Positions 8,646-21,600 of a stretch of DNA of 61,997 nt are shown here, piece after piece (the first letter of the stretch is position 1; each line of letters begins with the position of its first letter). Below the pieces are notes generated by a model. That model saw only the letters and a list, made by a program, of their open reading frames with translations. It searched no databases and was not told the DNA's origin. The stretch covers positions 1 through 61,997 of the IMG/VR virus record IMGVR_UViG_3300035661_000067. One strand, given 5' to 3'. The stretch is from a virus. Taxonomy: Duplodnaviria; Caudoviricetes. Both the position numbers and the translations under genes were made by a program.

Positions 8646-9281
8646 TTACGCGGGAATCGGGGTGTCCCGGATGCCGCGCCAGTGATTATACGCTGCCTCC
8701 AGCTTCGTGTCATAGTGGTTCTTGGCATAGCCGGGCCCGTTATAGACCCGGGCGACCACAGCCCAGCGGTGCGCGCGGAGGTCATCGTCAATGTGGTTGG
8801 CGCGGATGAAATCGACCATGCCCTTGATGTGGTTTTCCTCGTCGGCCATGAACGCCGTCACCATGTCCTGCACCGAGGCATAGCCCAGGTCGAGGTAGTT
8901 TTCCCCGAGGATCTGGCTCCGGCCCCAGGAAGTGGACTTGAGCGCGGCAGTCTCATTGATCGCCATGGCGAGGCGGATGCGGTTGTAGCTGTCAGCCGGG
9001 TATTTCTGCGCGCCCCAATGGGCATAGGCGAGGTTCTTGCTCACGGCCTCGGCCCGCTCCGCTGCGGTATCGACGTTGCGGTAGAAGCGGTGAGGCTCGA
9101 ATAGGGCCTTTGGCCGGCCCATCGCGTCAAACCCGGAGCCGGGCGCCTCGGTGTCCATGATGGCGTGGATCTCATCCTCGCCAACGCCGATCAGGTTGCC
9201 CAGCTTGGGCAGGTCGATGTCATCAATGGGCTTCGCGGCGCCGATGAACGAGAGGGGCTGAAACATCTTCGGGGGCCTCAT
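8646..9281 (-). CDS. Endolysin, N-acetylmuramidase (DUF3380-like)
   Basis: E...GF...LFEPHRF, TSWGRSQILGEN, YNGPGY..NHYD.KL; ATGA coupling at 9281. Confidence 0.9.
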   Translation of the reverse strand: MRPPKMFQPLSFIGAAKPIDDIDLPKLGNLIGVGEDEIHAIMDTEAPGSGFDAMGRPKALFEPHRFYRNVDTAAERAEAVSKNLAYAHWGAQKYPADSYNRIRLAMAINETAALKSTSWGRSQILGENYLDLGYASVQDMVTAFMADEENHIKGMVDFIRANHIDDDLRAHRWAVVARVYNGPGYAKNHYDTKLEAAYNHWRGIRDTPIPA

Positions 9282-9619
9282 TTGAAGAACGCGATGACTT
9301 GATCGTGAAAATAGGTGAGGGCCGAGCCGATCACCGACCCGATCAGCCCAACCGCGAGGAGGACGCCGAACCCGATGGATTGCCAGCGGTGCCACTTCTC
9401 GGTCAGCGGCTTCACCGCGTCCATATCGGCCTTCACTGCGAGCAGGGTAGCCTCCATTTCGGCCATCTTCTTGATCTGCGCCTCTCTCTGTCGGAAGGCT
9501 TCGGCACGGTCAGCGTCAATGGCATCAGTGAGGTTGCCGATCAGTTCCTTCAACGCTTGCATTCCGCCTTCCAGCCTGCCGAGGGACTTGGCTGTTTCGA
9601 GATCCGATGATGCCGTCAT
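9278..9619 (-). CDS. Coiled-coil plus C-terminal TM protein, possible holin/antiholin
   Basis: LGRLEGG N-terminus, single C-terminal TM, immediately upstream of endolysin. Confidence 0.6.
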   Translation of the reverse strand: MTASSDLETAKSLGRLEGGMQALKELIGNLTDAIDADRAEAFRQREAQIKKMAEMEATLLAVKADMDAVKPLTEKWHRWQSIGFGVLLAVGLIGSVIGSALTYFHDQVIAFFK

Positions 9620-9684
9620 GCTCGCCCCTTCTGTTTAATCGCCGATACCACATTTGCGGGGCGGCGCATAGAACCCCACAACAG

Positions 9685-12600
9685 TTAGTCCATGATCTGA
9701 GGCGAAAGCCCCGCACGAATTTCAGCATCTAGCCCGGGGATGAGTTCCGCCCCGCCCTGGTTGTTCGCGTGATGCTTCGCCCGCAGCTTCGCGGACGCCA
9801 CAATCCCCTCGCTCGTGATCGGGTAGGAGGGGTGCGCGGCGTTGAAGGCGTCCACCTTGGCCCGAATTTCCGGGGTAATGGCGGCATGGCTCAGGACCGC
9901 CGTGGCGAGTTCCTTCACGATGGCGCTCTTCTCGTCCTGGATCTCCTGCTGCTTGTTGTAGGCCAGGCTGTTCAGTTCGTTCTGCTCCGCGATTTCGGCC
10001 GGCGTGAAGCCCAGGGCCTGCACGATGACCTGCGGGGTGGTCACGGTATCGACCAGAGGATCGCCGTTCTTGGTCGTGGCGCCCTCCATCGCATAGCGGG
10101 CGGCCTTCATCACGTTCCGGGCGGCGACGGGAAGCATCTTCTCGATGCCGCGCTCGTAGTCTCCGTTGCTGATGTCCTGCGCGCCCATCAGCATGTTCTC
10201 GACAAGCGTCGGGGCTGCGCCGACCGACTGCGCGAGCCACTGCTGATACAGGGCCTCACCCTCTGCCGGGCGGCTGTCGTCCCTGAACCATAGGTCGGGC
10301 ATGCCGATGCGGCTGGACAGGCTCAGCCCGGTAACGGCCTGCGGGATGCCATAGAACACGGCGGCCCCCATCTTCTCGCCAAAGACCGAAACCACGTCGC
10401 TCTTGAAGTGATCCTTGACCTCAGATTGGGGTGCGCCGGTCAGAAGGCCCCAGATCATGCAGGCTGCGCCAAACATCCAGACGCCAGAGATACCGGCATG
10501 CAGCATCAACGAAGCGGAAATGCCAAAGAAGGTGCGGCGAGCCTCCTTCCGGGCCTCCGGGCTTTCGCCCCGCGTCATCTGGTGCAGATCCCGGGCCAGG
10601 CGCCACAGCATGTTAATCTGGAAATTTTTCATCGCAGTGACCACGCGCGCCACATTCCCTTGAGTGAGGCGCGGGCGGGCATCATTTTGGTAGTCGAAGT
10701 GCGTCTTCCAAGTCGCTGACATTGCAGCATTAACCGCTGCATCATGATTGCCGCGCACGGTCGGGCCGCCGTTTGCGCCGACCGCAGGGGCTGCGTTGAT
10801 CCGGGCCATACGGTAGGCGGCGAGGAAGGTGATTTCCCGATTCATCCGCTCGGTGTGGTGCAGCATTAAGGAGGCCGCAGCCATGATTTTGCTGCGCCAA
10901 TCCCGGAACTCAGTGCCGTGCGCTTCGATGCCGGCCAGGTCATGGGCGCGGCTCTTGTCGATCAGGCCGCTGGCATAGGCGAACTCCATCGCGGTCTTCT
11001 CGTCGTCTGTCAGGCGCGAAGAGTTGACGGCATGCCCCTTGCCCCGGGTGAAGTCGAGCGATGCCCGCGCGATTTGGGCTGAAGCCTGACGCATGTTCGC
11101 CCCCGGCATGGAGCCAAGGATCGGGATGCCGACAATCGTGGTCTGGCTGATATTCACGATGGCGGTCCCGGGCGAGAAGGCCATGAAGTAGAGGAACACC
11201 GCGCTCGTCGCCAACTGGCTCAGGGCCGAACCCTTGGGCGCCATGGTGCCCTGGTGGCGGCGCATCATTTCCTGCACGATCAGCCCGTTGCGGGTCGGCT
11301 CGCTGCTATTCTTGGCCTCGCGCTCGGCTTCGACAAGCGCATCCTGCAGGTCGAGGGCATAGGACAGCTTCGCAAGCTGGTGCGAACCATGGAAGGCGGC
11401 CTTGCCAAAGGCGCGGAAGGCATCCGACGAGAATCCCGCCGTAGCGTTCCGGTGCAGCCGGTTGCGGCGGATCGACAGTTCCGGCAGGGTTTCAAGCCAC
11501 CGCTGCCAGATCGCATCCATCACCACCTTGGGCGTGTCCACTCCGGCGAGGATCTGCTCGATGTCCGAGACGAAGGTCGGATCGACCATGCCGCGGATCT
11601 CGCTCTCGCCGATCACGCCGGTCTGCGGCTTGATGCCCGTCTCCGCCGCCGTCGCGTTGGCAAATTTGTCCCGCGCCCAGACGCTCTCGAACATATTGAA
11701 GGCCGTGACCTTGCCTTGGGCATTCCGAGTGGTGACGAAGAACTTGCCGAAGCGGGTCAGGGGGAAATAGGGCTTCTCTACCCGGTTGCTCTCGAACATC
11801 TTCCGCAGTGCAAAGGCGCGGGCGCGGGCGCCGTCGCCGTGGTTGCGGCGGGCCTTGTCCAGCCGGGCATTGGCCCGGTCCATGGCCTGGGCGCGCTCGC
11901 CGCCGATCAGGCCGTCATCCTGGATGCGGCGCATTTCATCGGCATGCGCCCGCTCGGCAGACCGAAGGCTGATGTTCATAGCCTTGGCGATGTTGGCGAT
12001 GATCGCCCGCTCGTAAGCCTGGGACATGGCGACATATTCATCGCGGACCTTGTTGAACATATGCTTGAAGGCCCCGGGAAGAGCCCGGTATTTCGGCACA
12101 AGGGCATCATACCGGGCTTTCGCCGCCCGGTCGGCCTGAACGCGCTCGGTCGCCGCCGCCATTTGGCCCGGGGTGCCGGTCTGGTTCTGAACCCGGGCAT
12201 AATCCTCCGGCGATGCCTTCGGCTCATAGGGCTGGCTTGGATCTTGCCCGGCGATGGTCGCCTCGTGCATCAGGTCCATCAGCTTGACGTTGGCGTTCTT
12301 GTTCTGGGACATGATGTAGCGCCAGCGCCGCGCCACCTCATCGGTGCGGGTCCACCACTCCGACCGCAGCTTGTCCATCTTGTCTTTCAGCTTTTGGTAG
12401 TTCTCAGCCGAAGGCATCTTCCGGCCCAACTCGGTGAAGAGCGCCCGGCCCGGTACTGCGGACAGGAGCGTGGAACTGCCCAGAGACATCGCCTGTGTGA
12501 GCAGTTTCGAGAGCATGGTGCGCTCGTATTCCTGCGTGATCGGCCGCCGCATCCGCATCGCCGATGCGACAGATTCCTCGCTGAGGAACCCATAGCCAAA

Positions 12601-15600
12601 GACCTGCTTCTCGCCCTTGACCGCGCGCTCCGCCAGAGAGCCATCGAACAGCTTCTCGAAGATCATGGCTTCATTGATATAGCCGCGGCCCCGCAGCACG
12701 TTGATGATGCCATGAATGATGTTCGTGAACTTGTGGTAGGCGCGGCTCAGCGGCCCGCCCGGGCTGTCCTTGCGGCCGGTAAAGGCCATGTAGCGGTCGG
12801 CGATGACCTCTTCGACCTGCCAGGCATAGGGCAGTCCGTCATATGCCTTCTTGACCCATGCCATGGTTGCCACGTCCATCCGGGCCGCAGATACCAGCGC
12901 CCGCCACTCTTCGGCGGTGAATGCCCCATACTGCGCGCCGTTCCAGATGGTCTGGTCGCGCGCCCAATGCAGCAACTCATGGCGCAGGACTGCCAGCGCC
13001 CCGTGCTTTTGGCCCCATGAGGTCCAGATTTTCCGCTCGGCCCCATAGAACATGCCGTAAATCTCATCACCGGCTTCGGTAATCCAGTGCGGTGCGACAT
13101 TCAGGCGAAGTGCGGCGGCCCCCACGCGCTTCAACTCGGCCAGAAGACGGGCGCGGAGATTGACCTCTTCGGCCTTGGTCATGGGCAACTCGCCCGGAAT
13201 CTCGGCCTCAATAAGCGGGTCGTTTTCTTTGAAGTCGATCCCGCGCTCGGAGAAGTGGTGCGCGCCCCCTTCGCCTTTGCGCGCCTTCGTGCCGGGAGGA
13301 ACGGCCCCGGTGATGGTCCGGGCCTCGTCCTTGTGGGCGCGCGATTCAAAGTTGACGCCGCCGATCGACTGGATCAGCCGCAGAAATTCCTCGAACTTGT
13401 CGGGGTAGATGATCTTCGCCTCGTAGGTCGGCCTCCCAGACCGGCTGTTGAAGTCGCCCACCAGGCTCGTGATCTGCTTGTTCGTCGCATAGGGGCGCCC
13501 GCCCTGCGTGTTCAGGATCACGCTGTAGCGGTTGTTCCGGGCGCCCCAAGAGGACATCGAGTGCGTGATCGTGATGACGGAATCGCTCGTCACCACCATG
13601 GTCTGGACTGGCTTTCCGTCCTTGCCATCCAGGTTCAGGAACGAGATCACCTGTGGGATGGTGCTGAACTGGACCGGCATGTCCCGAAGGGCGGCCTCGG
13701 TATCGAAAGACTTCGGCATGAGGATGCCATCGGACACGGTGCCATCCATGCGGGTGAAGCGCATGATCTGGCCCTTCTCGAAGGCTTTGAAGCCCGCGAC
13801 GAGGTTTCCAGTCAGGATAGTCCGATCCTCGCGCGAAACGGAGGATTGGTTTGCAAAGGCCGCGATGATCGCATGCGGGGAGACGGTCGAAGGCTCGGGC
13901 TGGTAGGCTACATCCTCGGTTTTCCCGGCGATGAGCCGCGACACCGGAACCTCAAACTCCCGCATCGAATCCGCGACGGCTAGCCGCAGGGTCATCTTAG
14001 ACTGTTGGAAGGCGTTACCCTCGGCCCGGCTCATGTCGATGCCCAGCGAGATCGCCGGGATGCGGGTCGTCTTTCCATTACCCTCGTCGCGGATCAGGAA
14101 CGCGCTGGCGCCAGGCTTCCAGGTCAGAGCAAGGCGTTCCTGGTCTTTGAGGATCGAGTGCGCCTCGGCGAGCCGGTCTTCCGCCTTCTTGATGCCAGCA
14201 TTGGCGTCCCGCTTCTGCGCGTCCGTCTTTGCCACCGCGAGGCGGCCTTGCCACATTGCCAGAGAAGCGTTCGCCGTGGCTGTGGCAGCAGGAAACCCGG
14301 CCCGAATGTCGGTCATCTGCTCCAGCGCCCACATCTCGGGCTTCTTCCCGTCGAGGATCTTGGCGATCCGATCCTTGAGTTCCGCCTCGGTGTAGGGCTT
14401 GGCGAGAACGTTCGCTTTGACAATTTCGCTCACGGCCTCGCGCTGGAAGGGCGAGGTGCCGACCGAAGGCGACAGGATGGTCTTCGAGAGGGTTTCAGCT
14501 TCAAGGTTCAGGGTCTTGGCCTCAAGCGTGTTTGTGCCGAGGCGGTCCATTTCCGCGATGATCGCGGTATAGGCGATGTCGAAGTCCTCATAGATTTTCC
14601 GGGCCACGGCATCAGCGACCACAGCGAGGCGACCAGTCAGCCGCGAGGCAAGGCCGGGCTCAGGCTTCTTCCCGTGCGCGAAACCAAGTTCCAGCCCCTG
14701 GTCCACATTCTCGGCGAGCCACTGGTTGACCACGATGTCGCCATAGCGGTTCAGGAAGTCCTTCACGTTCTTCATGGTGACGGCGGAGTCCTTGGCCGCC
14801 GTGGTGTTGGCATTGAGGGATGCCATCTTCCGCATCAGTTGCGCCACCACGCGCTGCTCGATGGCGAGGTCGGACGCCCCGATGGAATAGCGCGGAAGGT
14901 GGATCTGGCCCGTCCGGTGGATGCGGCCGAGCATCTGCATAAACACGTCGATGTTGGCGTCTGGCTGCAGCACCCTCATGTAGCGCGGCTTTCCGTCATT
15001 CCGGGGAGTCGCCGTGGCATGCAGGGAGAACCCAGTCGAGCCCGACGAGTTGATGATGAGCGCATCAAGGGCGCCAGAGTTGTAGCCCGCCATCGCCTTC
15101 GCCTTGAGGGCTTGGCTGTTGGGCATATTTTTCAGCTTGCCGTCATGGATCATCGAGCCGCGCCCGGTGATCTCGCCGACCTTCATGCCCGCCGCTTCCA
15201 GCCCGGCCTTGAGTTTGTCGATCGGGGATGCCGACATGCTGCCCGTGGCGGCGGCCCGGATGGTCCGCTCTGCGTCTTTCAGCGCCCGCAGCGCAGCCTG
15301 CCCGCCATGAGCGACAACCTCGGCGTCGGTGATGTAGTGGTAGGTCACAACCTCCGTCACCTTGTCCTTGAAGCCGATACGGCGCAGGCGCTGCAGGTAG
15401 CGGAGGATGATGTCGTTGAAGGTGATGTTGATCGCATCGCCCGCGCTCAGGCCCAGGTCTTCAGCATACTCGGAAATGATTGAGTCGTTGGTATTCGCCA
15501 GGGCAATGATCGGCTTCTCGCCGTTCTTCCACGCCTCGATCGCATCTTGGATCGCCGCATCAGACTTTGCCGCCAGAAGCACCTGACCCACGATGTTGTG

Positions 15601-18600
15601 GATCATCGAAGAGAAGGTCTTGGAGGTGGCGGACTGCGAGCCTACTGCGCCGCCCTGCCCAACCGCGCCGTGACCGCCCTTCTGGAGGTTCTTGATGTAG
15701 GCAGTCCGCACGTCCTGCATATGCTCTTCATCAGCCATGAAGACTGCCCGCACCGCGCCCAGCGCAGCATGCGTTTCGGCGCTGTTGGTCTTGAGCGTCC
15801 GGGAGTCGATCTTGACGCCGGCATAGGACCGCTCGCGGCGGATATACTGCCCGGCCTCCACCAGAAGGTTTGCGGAGATCTGCTGCAGTGGAACCCCGCC
15901 CTCGCTCAGAAGCCCGGCGAGGTCGCCCGGCACAAGGCTCATATCGGTCTTGAAGTAGAGCGACAGCACGTCAGGGTTCTTGGCAAAGGTCGCCGAGGAA
16001 TAGAGGGTGCCGTGCTTCGACGTCGCCAGCATTTCCCGGAGGATGCGCCCGCGGCTCTTCTTGGTGATGCCGGTTTCCTTGTTGGTCGTCTCGCCGTCGC
16101 CGCCCGCCTCGTGCGCCTCATCCATGATGAACATGGAGTTCTCGGCCAGCCCCATCACCGCCTCTTGGCGCAAGGTCGTGCCGTCACCACCCTCTTGAAG
16201 CTGGCTATAGGTGGTGAATAGGACGGTTTTGCCTTGCGGAAGGCCGAGGCCATCCCGCATATTCTGCATCGCCTTGGCGAGTGCGGGCTTCCCAAGGCTT
16301 TCGACCTTGGGGCTATTCGGGTCGTCCGGGTCCACCCGGAGGATGTTCTTGCCGGTCAGGTCGGTATTGGTGGCGAGGATTTCTGGGATGGAATCGCCCT
16401 CGCCGATGTCCGTCAGGTCGCGGATCATGTCGAGATAGAGCCCGGGGGTCTTGGTAACGAAGATCGGCGTGATGCCGTTCTTGCGCGCATAGCGGATCAT
16501 CCCGGCCACGACGCGGCCCTTCCCGACGCCAGTCTGGTCGCCGATGATGAAGCCCTTGCCGTCCTTCACATTGTCGATCGCCATCGCCAGGGCGTCTATT
16601 TGCTCCGCAGAGAAGCGGCCCTTGCCATCCGGCGCCCCGTTGCCGGTGAGTTCGGCCTCGGAATAGCCCAATTCTTTGGCAACAAAGGTGTCGATCTTGC
16701 CATATTTCTGCTCGATCCGGTCCAGCGCCCGGTTCATCGCATACTGCATATTGACCGGGATCAGCGTTCCGACCGCATAGGCGGCGCCGGAGCGCGGGGT
16801 ATATTGGACCTGGAAGTCCGTCTCCTGCTCGTTGTTCACGCGCTCAGAGGTGTCCCACACGATCTTGGCCGCACCGCTCGCCAGTTCCTGCGCCAGGCGC
16901 GTCAGCTGCCCCATCAGGCGCTGCAGCCCCTCGTTGCTCAGGCCAATGTCCTTGAGGGCCTGCACCAGAGCGCGCATGAGATCCTTGATGCTCGATGCCG
17001 CGTTGCCGAAATGCTTGAGCATCGCGAGGAATTGCGGCTTGGCCCGCTGATAGTCCTCCTCGTCAAACCCAAGGCCGGAGTTCAGCCGGGAGGGGTTGTT
17101 GAGCATGTTCACCAGCCCGGCAAGGCCATCGAGAAAGCCTGCGCCGGTTTCGGTGATGATGTTGCCCGCAGCGTCCCGGATCAGCGGCTTTTGCGCCGGA
17201 TCTTTCGGGGGCTCGTTCGGCTTGTCTTTCAGCTTGTCCTTGGGCGGCTTTTTGTCCTTGGGCTTGTTGGCCTTTTCTTCCTGCTCCGCAACCCAGGCCC
17301 CAGCTTCCTCCAGCAGGGTCGCATTGGAATTGGCGTGATAGCTGGAAGCATCGACCGAGGCGAACATGGCCCAAGGTATGCCTGCCGGGTAAACCCCCAG
17401 CCGAACGGACCCGGGCTGCACGAAAACGCCAGCCTCCACACCCTTCGGCAGCGCGGCGCGCAGAGCTGCCAGCGCGCCGCGCTGTGCCTCGATCAGCTTG
17501 AATCTCTCGTAGCGATTGGCCTTTGCGGCGAGGTCCTTGGGGTCTTGGTCGAGAAGATCCTGATTTCCGCCTAGAGCCTTGGCGGCTTTCTTGGCGCCCG
17601 CATCATCCTTGGAGGTGAACGGGTTGTCGTCCGGCGCAGCCAGGGCATCCGGGGGCGGCGGCTCGTTCGGAGGCGCACCAGCGCCACCGGCCTCCGGCTC
17701 GATGCCGAGGTCAGAGAAGATGTCGTTGAGAAGGTCTTGGGCGTCCTGATCGCTCAGGGCCCCAGAGCCAGGAGGAAGCTGTCCAGCGTCTCCGCCTGCA
17801 GGGCGTCCACCCGTTCCTGCGGATCTGCTTGTGCTGCCAGAGCCTCCGGCTTGATCGCTGCCGGAACCGTCCGGTTGCCCGACATTTCCCGGAGCCTGTC
17901 CAGGCTGTGCCACAGGGTTTCCCCCAGGCCCTGCAGTTCCGCCTCCTTGACCAGCGGAATCCCCAAATCCCGGAGCCGACTGATCGCCTCCTGCGGGTCG
18001 GCCTTCTCCACCAGCCGGTCGATTCGGCTTTCCAGCGCCGCCCTGTGCCGCGCCGGGGTCATCGGCGTTGTCGGGTTGACCAGCACTGTTCCCACTCCCG
18101 CCAAGCTGCCTGCGGGTGTCCAGGCTACGAGGTCCATTCAATCCTCCTTCAAGGTCGGTCCAACTCGTGATGATCGGCGGCGCCTCCGACATCGGAAGCA
18201 CCAGTTTCGATTCGCCGCGGCCCTCGATCACTATCACATCGACGGGCCATTGCGCGCCTTGCCGTGCATAGAGCGATCCAGCGACAGTAAAGTGCCCTAC
18301 AACGTTGTATTGGTCGTAAATCGTGTTCCAAAAGCGCCGCTGCCTGGCCTGGGAATAGGCTTGCGCCCGGTCGCTTCCGGTCAAGGTCGGGCTCTGGCCG
18401 CCGACGATCAGCACTGCGCGCCCATCCTTTTTCATGGACTGCAGCGCCCGCAGGGCGATGGCGTGGTCGATCTCCGTGGTCTGGCCGCCGCCCGCTAGCC
18501 CGGGGGCGTTGAATCGGGTTTCATTCCCCGCATCATCCATCACCTTGCCGAAGGGCGGGTTAGCGATGACGACATCCACAGAGGCCGGGCCCTGATGCTC

Positions 18601-21600
18601 CATCGCATCGCCGACGCTGATCTTGGTCATAAAGCTGCCCAGCGCATAGCTAGCGCGGGCCGCCCGGGCGGGGTCCAGTTCGTTCGCGGTCGTCTTTGCC
18701 GGGTCCGCGCCGATCAAGAGCATGCCGTTGCCCACGGTCGGCTCATAGACGGTTGTGTCCTCAGTGATGCCGGCCAGTTGCGAGGCCAGATAGGCCAGTG
18801 GCGCCGGGGTCGAATATGCCTGATTCCGCAGGCTCGTGGAGGTGCGTTGGGCCAGAAGCGGCTGGCGCGCATAGAGATCCACCAGCGCGGTATAGGTTTC
18901 GGCCGGGCTCTTGCCTTGGCTGATGATGTGGCGCGCAGTGATGACCACGGCGGCCTCAAGCGCCTCTTCCACCAGCTTGTATTCCTCGTCGGCGAGGGGC
19001 CGATCCAGAGCCTCTGCCGCCACCTTCCGGGCGACGAGGATGTTGTGGAAACCGTCACCATCGACGAGGCGCTTGGAGAAGGTGTCGATCAGCGTCTGGA
19101 CCATCTTCGGGACGGTCGGGTTGGCATCCGCAGGCTTGGGTGCAACTGCCTCCAGGAGGGCCTGCTCGGCCTCCATTTGCGCGATCTTCCACTTGATGTA
19201 GGGGTAGGTCACTTTCTTCGGGAAAGCAGCCGTCCGGGTGTTATAGCTGTTCCCCTTCGGCCCCTTGAACGTGACGATGGCCTTGTTGTTGCCGTCCGGG
19301 AGCAGCCGCCAGCCCTCGTCCAGCTTGTCGTGGATGAACTCCTGCGGGGTCTGCATCTTCCCATCGACACGGATGCCATAGAGCAGGGCGCCATCAAACT
19401 CATAAGACATCGGGCCATAGATCGCAGTGAAGGCGTCATAATCGGCCTTTAGGGCGGCCTTCTTGTCTTCGGCGGCCCGTGCTTCCTCCATGACCCGCTT
19501 GGTATCGGCCTCAAATTTGGCCTGATCCAGCGCAGCCTGGGGCGACATCAGATAGGCATCGGTTTCCCGCTTCCCATCGGCAATGTCGTCTTCCATGACC
19601 TCGGGCTTGCCGCCAGCGGTTGAGACGCCAACCATCATCGGCAGCATCGCGCCACGGTCCTCGATCGACACGATCTTCCGCTCGCCCTTGGGCGAGGCCC
19701 AGGTATCGCCGATCTTCATGCCGGTTAGGGTTTCGGTGCGCTTGGGCATGTCCGGCGCGGCCTTACCGTCCGGGTTCAGGAGTTTGCCGACCTCGCGCAT
19801 GACCTCGCGCGCCGCGGCGATGGTGCCGCTCTTCTGCAGTTCCTTGGCCGCGGGGTAGGCGCCGGACGCGGTGTCGATGTTGACGAGATAGTCATTCGAC
19901 ATCCCATAGGTCTGCAGGGCGAGCGTGAAGATCGCCTCGAAGGCCCGCGCCGTCTCTTCGATGGTCGTGCCCCAATAGGCGACCTTCCGATATGTATCGA
20001 AGGCGATATTGCGCTGGTGCCACGGTCCCTGTTTCAGGGTCAGGGCGAAGTGCTGCAGCGCCTTCGCCAGCCCATCGCCCAGGCCCTTGTTGTTGGTCTC
20101 GCCCCGGTCGGAGGCAAAGTCGGTGCGCTGCTTATCCTTGGGCTTGGCCGCCGCCGATACGCCGCCTTTGCTGGCCGCCTCGCGCGCCAGATAGTTGTCG
20201 AGAGCATGCACCCACTCATGGGCCAGCGAGCCCGAGCCGTTGCCCGCCGTGAGGTTGATGACGACCTCAAGCTGCTCATAGTGGGCCGCCGCCGCGCCCC
20301 TGCCACCCCGGCCCCGCGATGCGAAGCCGATTCCGAGGGTCTTGCCATCAACAGGAAGAACGGCAATCGCCTGCGAGGGGATGCCCAGCATGCCGGCCAG
20401 ATCCATGAAGGCATCATAGGCCCGGTTCAGGTCCAACTGCCGCTGGTCGTTGTTCCGGGATGCCCCAAACTCAACGCGCAGACCGAAGGCTTTCTCAAAG
20501 TCAGCGGTCGAGACATTACCCTCGCGGCGCTTCATGCCGCTGCGCTCGCGGTTCTCCAGCCGGTGTTCGCGCGGCCCGACACGGAGCGCCCGCACCTTGT
20601 TCCGAAGTTCCTCTTCGTTGGCGGTGATGTAGTCCCGGGCGGCCTGATAGGTTTCAAACCCGCCGACGATAATCGGGGAGTTCTCGTCGTTCGAAGACCA
20701 GATGCCATAGGTCTTTGTGGTGGAAATGCCCTTGGCGTCCCTCTCGAAGGTTTCAGACTTCACTGAGAGGCGGATCTCGCGCTCCTTTGGCACGGTCGTA
20801 TCGCCGCCTTCGCCTTCGGGCTTCATCGCCTCATCGAGCGCCTGTTGGTCAATGATCTTCCGCACCTCAGCGAGGGCACGGGCCTGCACCTCGGCCATCG
20901 TGTCGATGTAGAGCCCGCGCCCGTTGCTGTAGTGCGGCCCATTGGCGAGGAAATAGGTGTCCGGTTCGCGGGCGCGGACCTTGGTTTTCCCGTCATCGCT
21001 GGGAACGAGGACATAAGACTTCGTGATCGGGTCCATCTTATACTGGATCACCCGATTCAGCTGGTAGGTCGCAAGCAACTCCTGCTCTTGCGGGGTTGCG
21101 CCATCGCGGACCAGGCCAAAGCTGAGAAGGCCGGAGCCAGTGTTGTCCTCGTAGTCCTTGATATGATTGCGGATGTCGGCATCGAGATCGGGGCCATCCC
21201 AGACTTGCCGGGTGCCATCCAAAAGATCCTTCGCCAGCTTCCGCGCGGCGCTGACATGGTTGACCCACCGAGCCAGCTTGTATTTGTTCGTCCGGCCCTG
21301 CGGTTTTAGCGGGATCTGGCGACGGATCGAGAGGATCACCGCGATGGTGTCATGTATGGCCCCGCCTTGGGCCAGCGCCGCTGCATCAATCGGCGGGAAG
21401 GTCTTGCCCAGCGGGTTCGTGGCGATGTCGAGATCTGCCCCGATCGCCCGGACGAACTGCCCGAAGAGGTGCTTGCGAGCGCCCTCGATCTTGCCGCCGA
21501 AGTCATCAATCTTCTCCGGGGGCTCTTCGGGCTTCGGGTTCGCGTCTTGCGGCGCATCAACCGCGGGTGGGTCGATGATTACGGGCGGTTTTTCAGGCTC

